Shown here piece by piece: positions 36,504 to 45,861 of a stretch of DNA of 57,647 nt. Origin of the DNA: a virus (taxonomy: Duplodnaviria; Caudoviricetes); IMG/VR virus record IMGVR_UViG_3300032322_001160, positions 1 through 57,647 of that record. The stretch is one strand, 5' to 3'. How positions within the stretch are numbered: the first letter of the stretch is position 1; every line of letters begins with the position of its first letter. The notes beneath the pieces were generated by a model. The model ran no database searches. It saw only the letters and a program-made list of their open reading frames with translations, and was not told the DNA's origin. The position numbers and the translations under genes were made by a program.

Positions 36504-36709
36504 GGTGCTCCTCTTTCCCTTACTAACAATGCCGCTGCGATAGTCCCATACCCGTCAATGCCTGCTTGCTCGACAACCTTGGCACACGCCTCGCGCTCCG
36601 CTGCTGCGACTAACTTGGCGAAGCGTTCGAGAGCAGGTGCGTGAAGATCAGCTAGTGCGTCACCGTATCCCGCCTCCCGCGCTAAACGAATAATGTCACC
36701 ACTGTTCAC
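36500..36709 (-). CDS. Small phage protein of the AAAEREACAK type
   Basis: DIIRLAREAG..LERFAKLVAAAEREACAK, a motif I recall from proteobacterial phages. Confidence 0.65.
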   Translation of the reverse strand: MNSGDIIRLAREAGYGDALADLHAPALERFAKLVAAAEREACAKVVEQAGIDGYGTIAAALLVRERGAP

Positions 36710-36876
36710 TGTCTCTTCTCCTTATCAAGGTTCCGATAGATGCTCTCGGCTTTACGCTCTAGGCACACGCGACACACCCAGCGTCGTGTTCTGGGTTTGA
36801 CGCGCATCTCTCCTGTCGCTGCTTCGCGAGGCGCTTGGCAGCTTGTGCAAAACCGCAACTTAGGCCCTTGATCCAT
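36706..36876 (-). CDS. Small zinc-ribbon protein (56 aa, below the ORF track cutoff)
   Basis: MDQGPKLRFCTSCQ...RWVCRVCLERK; GTGA overlap with the next gene. Confidence 0.6.
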   Translation of the reverse strand: MDQGPKLRFCTSCQAPREAATGEMRVKPRTRRWVCRVCLERKAESIYRNLDKEKRQ

Positions 36877-37105
36877 GATCCGTGCTCGGTTTCTCTCGCC
36901 ACACCATCTTTAGTACGACAACCGCGTGGTGGTAGTAGTTATGCCGTTCTTTGTCACGTTCGTGCATCTCTATGAGCACCTCGCAACAACGTGCGAAGGT
37001 GTGGCCGGAGACGCGGTCTGCGAAGTCAGCGAGGGCCTCTGGCGTAACGGGTTCATTAGCCGTGATCCCTGAGGCTTTAGCCATGTCGAGGATGTTGGGT
37101 TTCAT
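36860..37105 (-). CDS. Hypothetical protein
   Basis: GAGGAG RBS; ATGA-coupled. Confidence 0.6.
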   Translation of the reverse strand: MKPNILDMAKASGITANEPVTPEALADFADRVSGHTFARCCEVLIEMHERDKERHNYYHHAVVVLKMVWREKPSTDHGSRA

Positions 37106-37275
37106 ACGTGTCTCCTCAGTTCGTCAAGTGTGCCGCGCAGTTGATCGATTTCGATTTGCAGGGCCTTCATGCGGCGCTCCCGTTCTGCGAGGGCCTGCAG
37201 GTAGTTATTGAGTATTTCGATCTGCTGCTCCATAAGCATCAAATCGGCGACGAATTGTCCTATTTTGTTTTCCAT
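37102..37275 (-). CDS. Small coiled-coil protein (57 aa)
   Basis: AGGAGA RBS; MENKIGQFVADL...LRRHV, read manually. Confidence 0.6.
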   Translation of the reverse strand: MENKIGQFVADLMLMEQQIEILNNYLQALAERERRMKALQIEIDQLRGTLDELRRHV

Positions 37276-37298
37276 GGCTTTCTCCTTTCTAGGGTGGG

Positions 37299-37541
37299 TC
37301 AGACTTTGAAGTCGATTTCATCTTTCTTGCAGTATTGGATCAACTCTCGCACTGGGACATCGGTCACGAGGTGGATGCGCAGGATGACGTGAGCGCTAAT
37401 TTTGTTAGTGCCGCGTCGTATTTTGCTAATGCAAGAGGGTTGTACGCCGAGGACGTCAGCGAGGTCTAGGTCTCTGTCGAGTTCGAGGTAGTCTTTGACG
37501 GCGTCGATGAGTTTATGGTTACCAATGTGTGGGCGTGGCAT
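37299..37541 (-). CDS. XRE-like helix-turn-helix protein, paralogue of 34273..34527
   Basis: LID..D.DLA..LGV.PSCISKIRRG..ISAHVIL; TAATG coupling. Confidence 0.7.
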   Translation of the reverse strand: MPRPHIGNHKLIDAVKDYLELDRDLDLADVLGVQPSCISKIRRGTNKISAHVILRIHLVTDVPVRELIQYCKKDEIDFKV

Positions 37542-37747
37542 TAGATTTTCCTTTGGCAGGAGAAGGCTTGGTGATCGACGCGGAAGGTCATGGCGTATTT
37601 GCAATCACTCATGATCCGTGATTCGCTATTACCTGCGCCGATGTAAAGGCCGATTAAAAAAGTAAACAGCGGCCAGAAGGCTAATGACCAGATGCGTTTG
37701 GCCCATGGCGCGACTTGCTTGGTGTCGAAAAAGTTTTCAAAGTTCAT
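37541..37747 (-). CDS. Small membrane protein
   Basis: Hydrophobic helix and DCKY..FSC tail; start placed at ATG 37747. Confidence 0.6.
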   Translation of the reverse strand: MNFENFFDTKQVAPWAKRIWSLAFWPLFTFLIGLYIGAGNSESRIMSDCKYAMTFRVDHQAFSCQRKI

Positions 37748-37967
37748 CTTTAGTGTCCTTGAGGGTTTTGAGTTCAGCCAGTAAGGTTTCATTTTCCTTC
37801 TCCAGTTGTGCGTATTTCTCTCCGAGTTCGGCCCATTTTATTTTGTAAATATTGTTGTTATCGATGGTATCGGCAGCGGTATACAGTAAGCTGGAGACGG
37901 TGTCGTTATTGTGATCTTCAAGGGTTTGTCCCACGTCGCGAAGTAGTTCAGTAAACCGCTTGTTCAT
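37737..37967 (-). CDS. Hypothetical coiled-coil protein
   Basis: ATGA-coupled; GGAG RBS. Confidence 0.6.
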   Translation of the reverse strand: MNKRFTELLRDVGQTLEDHNNDTVSSLLYTAADTIDNNNIYKIKWAELGEKYAQLEKENETLLAELKTLKDTKDEL

Positions 37968-38188
37968 GCTATTGCTCCGAGGAGGTTCTTGATGCGTTGT
38001 TTTAAGTTAGGACTGGTCCGTGTTGCGCGAATCTGGCGCAGGTAATCGTTACCGTCTTGTGCGCAGCCGGTGGCGATGTAGAGTTGTTTTTGAAGCGATT
38101 GGATTTCTCGTACGGCCATGTCCCGTTGGCGGCGATAGCGCTCGGAAAGACGTTGCCAGTATTCGACGGTGTGCACTGAATTATTCAT
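37964..38188 (-). CDS. Hypothetical protein
   Basis: Start placed at ATG 38188 after GGAGGAG. Confidence 0.6.
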   Translation of the reverse strand: MNNSVHTVEYWQRLSERYRRQRDMAVREIQSLQKQLYIATGCAQDGNDYLRQIRATRTSPNLKQRIKNLLGAIA

Positions 38189-38444
38189 GTGAACTCCTCC
38201 ATGCCTTGACGCGAAAGTAGTTGTCGATGAACTCCGGGGTGAGGATATCATCCTCGACGGCAAGTACCTCTGGTTCAGAAAGTGCCGACAGGATATTAAC
38301 GCGGCGAGCTTTGTTTTGTGAAGAGGGGACTTTGACAAACACGCCAGTGATGTCCACTTGCAGTGGGATGTCGGGGCCGTCGAGGGGATCGAGTATGTCG
38401 AACTCGACGTCTACCTCAAGGTTGATGTTGGTTTTTAAGTGCAT
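38181..38444 (-). CDS. Hypothetical acidic protein
   Basis: AGGAGA RBS. Confidence 0.6.
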   Translation of the reverse strand: MHLKTNINLEVDVEFDILDPLDGPDIPLQVDITGVFVKVPSSQNKARRVNILSALSEPEVLAVEDDILTPEFIDNYFRVKAWRSSHE

Positions 38445-38772
38445 CTGCTTTCTCCTTTATGCGTCTTCTGACTTCTTCTTGATACCGTGCGTAGGCTTCG
38501 GTTTCTTCCTTGTCTTTTTGTTCAACTTCAACCAACGTCTTCTTGAATGCCGCTTCGATGATCTTTTGTGTAAAGCTCATCATGGATATTTTGTAGTACA
38601 TAGACAATTCCTTGAGCATCTGGTGCGTCAAGAGATTGATGTTTAAGACCTTGTACTGCGTCTTACGTAGCGCTGAGCCGGGGCCGGGATACTTGTACTT
38701 TCGGGGCCTGCCCTGCCGTCGCTTCTTCTTGCTGCCCTTAGGACGCCCTACCGGCTTAGGCTTGTAATCCAC
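38416..38772 (-). CDS. Basic DNA-binding protein with AT-hook-like motifs
   Basis: VGRPKG and QGRPRK motifs followed by a ribbon-helix-helix-like segment; GTG start after AGGAGA. Confidence 0.6.
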   Translation of the reverse strand: MDYKPKPVGRPKGSKKKRRQGRPRKYKYPGPGSALRKTQYKVLNINLLTHQMLKELSMYYKISMMSFTQKIIEAAFKKTLVEVEQKDKEETEAYARYQEEVRRRIKEKADALKNQHQP

Positions 38773-38795
38773 ACTTTCTCCTTTCTTACGTGCAT

Positions 38796-38822
38796 AGTAT
38801 ACGACATCGGTGAAACATGCAA
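38796..38822 (-). promoter_or_regulatory. Putative sigma70 promoter for the small-gene cluster
   Basis: TTGCAT..TATACT with a short 15-nt spacer, right after a terminator. Confidence 0.4.
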
Positions 38823-38837
38823 GGCGGAATTTATCCT

Positions 38838-38864
38838 AAAAAAAGGGCCTGCGTGAACAGGCCC
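38838..38864 (-). terminator. Intrinsic terminator after DNA polymerase
   Basis: GGGCCTG-6 nt-CAGGCCC stem followed by T7 on the - strand. Confidence 0.75.
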
Positions 38865-38912
38865 CAAGCCAACGTAGGAGAAAGGAGGCTTCTCTCGAAG
38901 ACCCCGAATCGA

Positions 38913-40781
38913 TCATACTGCTTCTCCCCACGAACGTCCAATCTCCACGTCCACACGGCTGGGGACCTCGATGGACACGGCCTTTTCCATGATGGCAGCG
39001 GCCTCGCGCGCTTCTTCTGCCGACTTCACCGACATTGCCACCTCATCGTGGACCTGTAGTAACAACGTAAAGCCCGCTTTGTGTAGCGCGATCATTGCCG
39101 CCTTGGTCTGATCTGCTGCCGAGCCCTGAATCAAACGGTTCAATCCCTTGTAAGTGAACGCTCGCTTCACCTGCCGCCCATATTCCACCACGGCCTGCTC
39201 ATACGGCAACGCCTTGTTCACGCCCCATTGTTTCGGCTCCCACAACGGAAAGCGGCACTTCCTGCCCAAGAGCGTTCGGATCGCGCCACCTGAGGCGGGA
39301 TGGTCAATCCGCTGCATCACCGCGTTTACCGTCCCTTTCAGGTACGGCACCTTCTTGTGGAAGACCTCCAGCAGGTCAGTGGCCTCCTCCATGCCCATGT
39401 CCAAGGATGCCGCAAGCTTGCCCTTACCCATGCCGTACATCAGGCCTAAACCGATCGTCTTGGCCTGCTTACGCTTAATCCCTGCCATGTCCGCGACCAT
39501 CTGGTGGAAGTCGGTATCGGGGTCTTGATGGTAGGCCTCGACCATCTTCTCCGCCCCCGGCAGACTCAAGAGACTGGCGTAGTGGACCAAGAGCCGTGGT
39601 TCTTGAGAACTGAAGTCACAAGAAGCCCACATGTCGCCTTCTTCGGGCAGAAAGAGCGAGCGCACCAACGGTCCGATCACCTCATGCCGGGCCGGGACCT
39701 GCTGCAAGTTAGGGTTTGCCATGGACAGTCGTCCTGTAACCGTGCCGCCCTCATCACTGCGTAGCTGGTTTACGTGCGGATGGATACGACCATCACCCTT
39801 GGAGAACTCAAGATACGGTTGTAAGAATGTCCCGTGGGTCTTGTTTAGTTCTCGGGCCTCCACGATCATCTTGGCAACGGGATGTTCGCAACTGTCGAGG
39901 AAGCTTTTTGTAAAGGACGGCAGGCCGTTAGTGGTTTTGGGATAGGCCACGCCAAGGTGGTCAAAGCCTTTGGCAATCGACGCAGCGGCCCAGATGTCCA
40001 CGGGGCTATCACAGGTCTTGCGGATGTCCTTGATCAGTTTGGCTTCGCGGTCTCGATACTCTGAGATCACCTGCTCTGCTTTGTTCCTGTCAAAGCGAAT
40101 GCCGCGCAGTGTCAGGTTGATCAGGATTGGCAGGAGCTCTGTTTCGATCTCAAAGATGTGTTGGACTTCGTCGCGCAGCAGCAGTGGCTTGAAGGTTTGC
40201 CAGAGCTTTAAAGTAAGCGCAGCGTCTTGCTCTGCATACTCTCCGACGTACATAGCAGGGAGCTTCCAGAGTTCTTTCTTAGCATGTACGCCGAAGTCCC
40301 CAGCCGCGTCTTTAAGACCCTGTTCCGATTTGACCTCTTTAAGGTAGTCGAAGCCAAGCGCATTGAGGCTGTAGGAGAAACGATTTTCGTCGAGAAGCGG
40401 CGCGGCGAGCATCGTATCGATGAGTCGGCCATTGACAGTGAATCCACTTGCAGCCAGCCACCCGGCATCATAGGCGGCGTTGTGCATGATTTTGTCTGCT
40501 GGGGTGGCGAGGACTTTTCTGATCCACCGCTCGACAATATTCTTATCAAGATTCCCGCCCCCACCAAGAGCAACAGGAAAGTAACCGCTCCATCCTTCGA
40601 CAGCAACAGCGTACCCAACAATGTACCCGTCCCGACGAGGCCAGCCGGGACCCATACCTTCCATGTGCGGATCACAGGTTTCCAAATCAATTGCAATCTC
40701 CTTTGCATCAGACAGATCAGGGAAGTGAGCCGGGGGCACCCATTCGGTCTTCACCGGAAACAGTGGCATGGTCCTATTCAA
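38913..40781 (-). CDS. polA: Family A DNA polymerase with 3'-5' exonuclease
   Basis: ExoI DLET, HNAAYD, TVTGRLS..PNLQQ, motif A DFSSQEPR, motif B RKQAKTIGLGLMYG, motif C VHDE. Confidence 0.95.
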   Translation of the reverse strand: MNRTMPLFPVKTEWVPPAHFPDLSDAKEIAIDLETCDPHMEGMGPGWPRRDGYIVGYAVAVEGWSGYFPVALGGGGNLDKNIVERWIRKVLATPADKIMHNAAYDAGWLAASGFTVNGRLIDTMLAAPLLDENRFSYSLNALGFDYLKEVKSEQGLKDAAGDFGVHAKKELWKLPAMYVGEYAEQDAALTLKLWQTFKPLLLRDEVQHIFEIETELLPILINLTLRGIRFDRNKAEQVISEYRDREAKLIKDIRKTCDSPVDIWAAASIAKGFDHLGVAYPKTTNGLPSFTKSFLDSCEHPVAKMIVEARELNKTHGTFLQPYLEFSKGDGRIHPHVNQLRSDEGGTVTGRLSMANPNLQQVPARHEVIGPLVRSLFLPEEGDMWASCDFSSQEPRLLVHYASLLSLPGAEKMVEAYHQDPDTDFHQMVADMAGIKRKQAKTIGLGLMYGMGKGKLAASLDMGMEEATDLLEVFHKKVPYLKGTVNAVMQRIDHPASGGAIRTLLGRKCRFPLWEPKQWGVNKALPYEQAVVEYGRQVKRAFTYKGLNRLIQGSAADQTKAAMIALHKAGFTLLLQVHDEVAMSVKSAEEAREAAAIMEKAVSIEVPSRVDVEIGRSWGEAV

Positions 40782-42276
40782 TTCGAAATCCCCTCTCTAG
40801 GCTTTTTGGTTTGATGATGTGCAGTGTCTCTTTGGCGCGAGTAAGGCCTACGTACAGCAGTCGATTCACGTCGTCCGCGTTGTACGCATACTCCTTGGCA
40901 AACTTCGGCGAGAGGTCCGTGAGCAGTAAGACGTGATCCGCCTCCCCGCCTTTTGCGCCGTGGATCGTGGACAGTTTGATCGGCGCTTTGTCGTTCAACC
41001 TTGCCCCGCGTCGCAGGATCGAGATGATGTATTGGCGCTGGGCATCGGATATTTTGGTCAGCACCTTGTGCCAGATGTCGTCAGCCAGAAGGCCGAACGA
41101 CTCCTGCAGTTGCGTCATTGTGTACTCACCATTCGGATCGATGTCGCGCAGTGTCTTGAATCCGCGTTTGACGAACTCAGCACCTAAGAAGCGGTAGATC
41201 GTTTTGACCACGGGCATGGGCATGGCTTTGCCCTTGCGCAGCGCCTCCCAGCCAAGCACGGCGGTCAGAATATTCTCGGAGATGCTCCGTTGTCCGTGAC
41301 GCTCGAACATTAATCCTTGCGACTTTAACCACTCATGCAAGTCGTTTAGCATGTAGTTGGTGGACGCGAGCAATAGCCATTCACCCTGCGTGACGTTAAC
41401 TTGTTCAAAGCCTTCGTAGTAGAAGATGCTCCCCTCTTCTGTGCGAGGATGCCACTTCTTCTCTTGCCGCGAGCGGATGCGACTGACTACTTTGTTTGCC
41501 AGCGCGTGAATCTTTGCAGGCACACGGTACGACTGTTGCAGCACCTTGACCTCGCCGTCTAACGAGAGGAAGGTTTTGACATCTGCGCCTGCCCAGTTGT
41601 AAACCGCTTGATCATCATCACCCGCGATAAAGGTACGGTTTGCGCGTTCAGCGAGTTGGATGACCATCTCCCACTGTAGGCGCGATAGGTCTTGTGCTTC
41701 ATCGACGATCAGCACGTCCAGCTTTGGCAGGTAGTCTGGCTCTTGCACGATCTGCTCTAGTAGATCGGTGAAGTCCATCAGATTGTTTGAATACTTGTAG
41801 TGACGATACGCGCGCTCGACGAATTCGAAGTGAAACCATTCGATGCTAAGACCCGAGCGGTTGTAGTGTGTGCGTAGGTCCACGCCACGGATGCGGGCGA
41901 GGTTGATTTCATTAAGGATGGGGTTATCCGTCTGAACGACAAACTCTTCGTCTCCGCTGCTAACGCTCATGTCAAGCCCTGCTTGCCGTGCAAACTCACG
42001 GTAATTCTCTGGCTTCATGATTTCGTTGTTCGACACACGCAAGCAGCGATAGGCGAGGCTATGCAGTGTGCGAAAGTACGGGAAGTCCGTCTCGGCATTG
42101 AGCTCGTTGAATTTGGCGATCGCACGGTCCCGTGCTTCGTTCGCGGCCTTACGCGTAAACGCGAAGTAACCAATGGAACGCGCAGGCACTCCCGACTCTA
42201 GTTCTTGCTCGACCAAGTTCAGAAGGTACGTGGTCTTACCAGAACCGGGAGGCCCGAAGATTTTATGAATCTTCAT
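40774..42276 (-). CDS. UvrD/Rep-like superfamily 1 helicase
   Basis: GPPGSGKT, FTRKAA, TLHS, VDEAQD, GDDDQ, SYR, TIHGAKGGE, YVGLTRA; start placed at ATG 42276. Confidence 0.93.
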   Translation of the reverse strand: MKIHKIFGPPGSGKTTYLLNLVEQELESGVPARSIGYFAFTRKAANEARDRAIAKFNELNAETDFPYFRTLHSLAYRCLRVSNNEIMKPENYREFARQAGLDMSVSSGDEEFVVQTDNPILNEINLARIRGVDLRTHYNRSGLSIEWFHFEFVERAYRHYKYSNNLMDFTDLLEQIVQEPDYLPKLDVLIVDEAQDLSRLQWEMVIQLAERANRTFIAGDDDQAVYNWAGADVKTFLSLDGEVKVLQQSYRVPAKIHALANKVVSRIRSRQEKKWHPRTEEGSIFYYEGFEQVNVTQGEWLLLASTNYMLNDLHEWLKSQGLMFERHGQRSISENILTAVLGWEALRKGKAMPMPVVKTIYRFLGAEFVKRGFKTLRDIDPNGEYTMTQLQESFGLLADDIWHKVLTKISDAQRQYIISILRRGARLNDKAPIKLSTIHGAKGGEADHVLLLTDLSPKFAKEYAYNADDVNRLLYVGLTRAKETLHIIKPKSLERGFRIE

Positions 42277-42511
42277 TGTCGTCGAAGTTTTTCCACAAGA
42301 CGATGGGCTGCGTGTCGCCTGCATACTTGAACACAAACTCGCGTTCAATGTATTCGGCGGCTTCTTGTTCGCCCATACTGTCCTCATCGACCAAGATGCG
42401 GATCATCCCAATCGCGTCGTAGACGAGGCGCTCGACTAATTGCTCGCCATGCCACGTTGTGCAGCTACCTAACTCAGCCGCTTTGAATTTTTGTAGTTCG
42501 AGAATTTCCAT
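42263..42511 (-). CDS. Small acidic hypothetical protein
   Basis: TAATG-coupled to the primase gene; VYD..EAAEYIE motif. Confidence 0.6.
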   Translation of the reverse strand: MEILELQKFKAAELGSCTTWHGEQLVERLVYDAIGMIRILVDEDSMGEQEAAEYIEREFVFKYAGDTQPIVLWKNFDDNEDS

Positions 42512-44040
42512 TAGAACGGCGCTCCTTTCTGTTGTGGTGTTTCAAACGGTGTTTCTTGACGCGTGAACCGTGGTACGCGCCACGCTCTTACTGCTCTGCC
42601 CTTCAAGAACAAACTAATTGGCTCGCCCCCAAGATCACGAATCTTCTGTGCCATACGGGGTGCGGTCATGCCGCTAAACGCACTGCGCTTTAAATGTGCT
42701 TCGAGGTCCTTCATGCGAAAGTAAACACGAGACTCTTCTTCGTCCGTCCAAGGACGGCCCATGAGAATTTCCTCGCGGTCCATCGCTTGTTGCAAGTGCG
42801 TGGTGAACTCCTCTAGCAAATCTTGGAAGCGACCTGATTGACTGGTATCTTCAGGTGCGTCTTGGATTTGTTCGAGTTCAACCATCTCGCGTAGGAGGCC
42901 GTTTAAGAAGCCCTCCCAATCCTGACGGCGTAGTGTTGGTGGCAAGACGTTCAAGCGTTCGACGCAGGCCTTCTGGAATGCAGGTTGGTTGAAGAGTTGA
43001 TCCGTGTCTAATTCAATGCGCCTGCCGTTGACATCCAAGAACCACAGTGGTGGCTCAGAGTTGTACTTAGTCAAGCTTGATACCTTCGGTGAATCTGGGC
43101 CGTCAGCACCGATGCCGTGTCGGCGGGTGCGGCATAGACCGGAATTGCAGAAGGAGTTCAAGGGTGCGTCTTTGCACTTGTACTTGTAGTCCTTCTTTTG
43201 TATCTGCTTCGTGATCACCAACAGTTCATTTAAGGGCAGTGGTGGGCCCATGAACTTTTGGTTGTACTCCATGAGTTTGTCTTCCCAGTTGTTCGGGATG
43301 GACTTTTTGAGGTAGACCGCGATGTTAAATAGGCCGTTGTTGCGAGTGCCTTCCGGAAATCCCTGATTACATAACGCCTGCAGACAGGGCGGACCATCTT
43401 TGATGGGCGCGTCCGCATTTTTCTTTTCCGCTTCCGGATGAACGAGCGGCACTGGTTGTACATATTGTTCGTAAAGCCCAAAGAATTCGCTAAGGCTGGA
43501 AGCCTCGCCAGCATCATTGATCGCGTAACGCAGGGTTTCATCGCCCCCGAAATACGGAAGGTTAAGGAAGTTACCCGTGTCACCGCGCTCAACAAGGACT
43601 TCAGTTTGTTTCGGAAAAATTTCACGACCACTTTCTCCCAGTATGCTTGCACACGTGTTTAAGTAGCGCTGCATCTCTGCAGCGAATATCGGTTCTTTTG
43701 TAAACAGGAATACATGCGCGCCGCCTGACTTACTACGGCAGACAACAAGCGGTAGGTTTAACCGACGAATCTTTTCCACCAGACCTTTATGGTCCAGAGG
43801 GTACTGATCAATGTCAATGCAACCCCATATGCAAGTATTGTCAGGACGAATAGGAATGATGCCAAGAGAAGGCTCAGCACCCTGTAGGTGACGTTCCCAA
43901 AGGTCATCGGTTGGCGGGTTCCGTACAACAACTGCCTTGCCTGCTTGTTTGCCATTCCCCGTCTCTCGCTCTATTTTGTAGGTTCCATAGGCGATATTCG
44001 ACCCTTCGAATATCGACTTGAATTTGGCGATATCAGTCAT
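42511..44040 (-). CDS. Archaeo-eukaryotic primase/polymerase with PriCT-like domain
   Basis: WGCIDID, RSKSGGAH, NLPYF, PPC..GTRNNGLF motifs. Confidence 0.85.
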   Translation of the reverse strand: MTDIAKFKSIFEGSNIAYGTYKIERETGNGKQAGKAVVVRNPPTDDLWERHLQGAEPSLGIIPIRPDNTCIWGCIDIDQYPLDHKGLVEKIRRLNLPLVVCRSKSGGAHVFLFTKEPIFAAEMQRYLNTCASILGESGREIFPKQTEVLVERGDTGNFLNLPYFGGDETLRYAINDAGEASSLSEFFGLYEQYVQPVPLVHPEAEKKNADAPIKDGPPCLQALCNQGFPEGTRNNGLFNIAVYLKKSIPNNWEDKLMEYNQKFMGPPLPLNELLVITKQIQKKDYKYKCKDAPLNSFCNSGLCRTRRHGIGADGPDSPKVSSLTKYNSEPPLWFLDVNGRRIELDTDQLFNQPAFQKACVERLNVLPPTLRRQDWEGFLNGLLREMVELEQIQDAPEDTSQSGRFQDLLEEFTTHLQQAMDREEILMGRPWTDEEESRVYFRMKDLEAHLKRSAFSGMTAPRMAQKIRDLGGEPISLFLKGRAVRAWRVPRFTRQETPFETPQQKGAPF

Positions 44041-44098
44041 TTCTGCTTTCTGTAAAGGGAAAAAGGGCCCTACTCCCTCGCGGTTTCGGGCCCGTCAA

Positions 44099-44869
44099 TC
44101 AGAAAGGTTGCGCGCCTGCTGGTGCAGCCTGTTCGTCGCTATGAGTGACTTTCACATCACCTGCGTTGATTGAATCTGCAAAGCTCTTCGCAGTCAGATA
44201 CATACCCTCGTCTTCGACGCTGCTGTTGTGCTCAACTTCCCAACCAAACCACTGGCCCTTGTCATTGCTTTCCTTGACAGTGGTCAGGCGATAGGTTTGG
44301 GAATACATCGGAGGCGTGTAAAGACCATTCTTGCCCATCAGCTTCACGCTTTGCATCATGGTATTCCACTTGCGCGACTTCTTAAGCTGCGTGGACTTCA
44401 TGACGATGAGCGCTGGATGTGGGATGCCTGCTGCGTCGATTACCATGACGTAGTGGTTGGCGGTGTTCTCGATGTAGTTGCCGTTATCGAGATAGTCTTT
44501 GTTCTCGCCGGGTACGCGATGCGTTTTGGAGAGGATGTCGCTAGTGCTGGGGTAATACGCTATAGGTGCGCCAGAGCCGCTGCCACGCGGTGCCCATTCA
44601 ATGTACTGACGTACGTAGGCACAAGGGATAACCAGAATACCCTTCTTGCCGTCGAAGAGTTCCCCTGTAACGCTGTTATAGATCATACCCGGCATTGCGC
44701 CGTCTAATGAACCAACCTCTGGCGAAGTGTTAGTCAGTAGGCGGAGAAACGGAAGCGCAAAGTCATCCTGATTCATGCCAGCGAAACCGGACTGCGCATC
44801 CTCTTCAAAACGGTTCGTTAAGACTGCGACTGCATTAGTCTTGACTTCTGCTATTTCTGCTTTACCCAT
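44099..44869 (-). CDS. Putative single-stranded DNA-binding protein
   Basis: LPFLRLL..SPEV, MKSTQLKKSRKWN, aromatic C-terminal tail ending PF; within the replication module. Confidence 0.65.
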   Translation of the reverse strand: MGKAEIAEVKTNAVAVLTNRFEEDAQSGFAGMNQDDFALPFLRLLTNTSPEVGSLDGAMPGMIYNSVTGELFDGKKGILVIPCAYVRQYIEWAPRGSGSGAPIAYYPSTSDILSKTHRVPGENKDYLDNGNYIENTANHYVMVIDAAGIPHPALIVMKSTQLKKSRKWNTMMQSVKLMGKNGLYTPPMYSQTYRLTTVKESNDKGQWFGWEVEHNSSVEDEGMYLTAKSFADSINAGDVKVTHSDEQAAPAGAQPF

Positions 44870-44889
44870 GATTCTTGCTCCTTGTATCG

Positions 44890-45444
44890 TTAAACGGATT
44901 TGATTGTCGCTTTTTGGCCGATGTAAGCGCCGAACAACTCAGATGGAAACTCGCGACCTTTCTCCACCTGTTCCTTGACCCATGCTTTGAGTGTCATGGG
45001 CTCAACCTTTTCTGCTTGCTCAACGGGATAACCTGCATCCCGCAGTGTTGCAACGGCTTTAGCACAGAGTGCTTCTTCACCACGACCAAAGCGAACAGAG
45101 ACTGTGTTCTTGATGATGTCGTCAAAGCCATGGTCCCGTAGCCACTGGAAGGCTTCAGAACGCTTTGCTTCAGTGATCGACGCGCTATAAAACGCTTTGA
45201 TCTCGATGGATGAGCCGTCTTCCATCTTGAAGCTCTTCATGCCTAGACTGGTCAATGCCTCGGGGATGACTTCCTCAGTTAGCTTGCGGTACTGCTCTTT
45301 ACGCTGCTTGAGTTCAGTCTCGTAGTCCTCGATCTCTTTCTCAAGAGACTTGGCACGACGCGCCATTTTTGCAATGCCTTGCAGATCGTTATCTGCGATC
45401 TGCAACGCTGCTGCATCTTGCTCAAATATATTCGTCAAACTCAT
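44890..45444 (-). CDS. Conserved replication-module protein
   Basis: Coiled coil then AFQWLRDHG..IIK and VEPMTLKAWVKE; start placed at ATG 45444. Confidence 0.7.
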   Translation of the reverse strand: MSLTNIFEQDAAALQIADNDLQGIAKMARRAKSLEKEIEDYETELKQRKEQYRKLTEEVIPEALTSLGMKSFKMEDGSSIEIKAFYSASITEAKRSEAFQWLRDHGFDDIIKNTVSVRFGRGEEALCAKAVATLRDAGYPVEQAEKVEPMTLKAWVKEQVEKGREFPSELFGAYIGQKATIKSV

Positions 45445-45778
45445 TTTGCATTTCTCCTTTCTTGAACGCGCTATTAAAGTCAATCTGTATTGGGATGTAT
45501 CGTCGTTCTCGCTTATCCCATTTCAAACACTTGAAGCGTCCGTTGTTGCGTTGTGCTGCAACGACTGCGACGATCGACATGGCCGTCGGGTCACCGATGA
45601 ACAGAAGATAATCTTCGTCAGAAAAGTTTTCAAGTACTCGATGTGCCCGACGCACTGTGGGTGCTACAGAAAATGCCACCTGTGCATTAGGGGGCAAGAT
45701 CGTAACGATATCTCCGAAGTCCAAAGCAGACGATATATTGTGTTGCCCCGTTTCGGAAACGGCAAAGACTGTAGGCAC
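45422..45778 (-). CDS. Hypothetical alpha/beta protein
   Basis: GTG 45778 after AGGAGA; DYLLFIGDP..LKWD motif. Confidence 0.65.
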   Translation of the reverse strand: MPTVFAVSETGQHNISSALDFGDIVTILPPNAQVAFSVAPTVRRAHRVLENFSDEDYLLFIGDPTAMSIVAVVAAQRNNGRFKCLKWDKRERRYIPIQIDFNSAFKKGEMQNEFDEYI

Positions 45779-45805
45779 TTCATTTCTCCTTTCTGTGTTC
45801 GAGTT

Positions 45806-45838
45806 TTGAGTATATACTTGACTCCGGGGATTTTGCAA
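45806..45838 (-). promoter_or_regulatory. Putative sigma70 promoter of the replication operon (divergent intergenic region)
   Basis: TTGCAA-18 nt-TATACT on the - strand. Confidence 0.45.
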
Positions 45839-45861
45839 CCCCCACAGAAAGGAGAATCGCT

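Noticed and set aside
34273-37541. HTH genes as a lysogeny switch
   Set aside because: They are co-directional within an operon, with no divergent cI/cro layout, integrase or att site in the window
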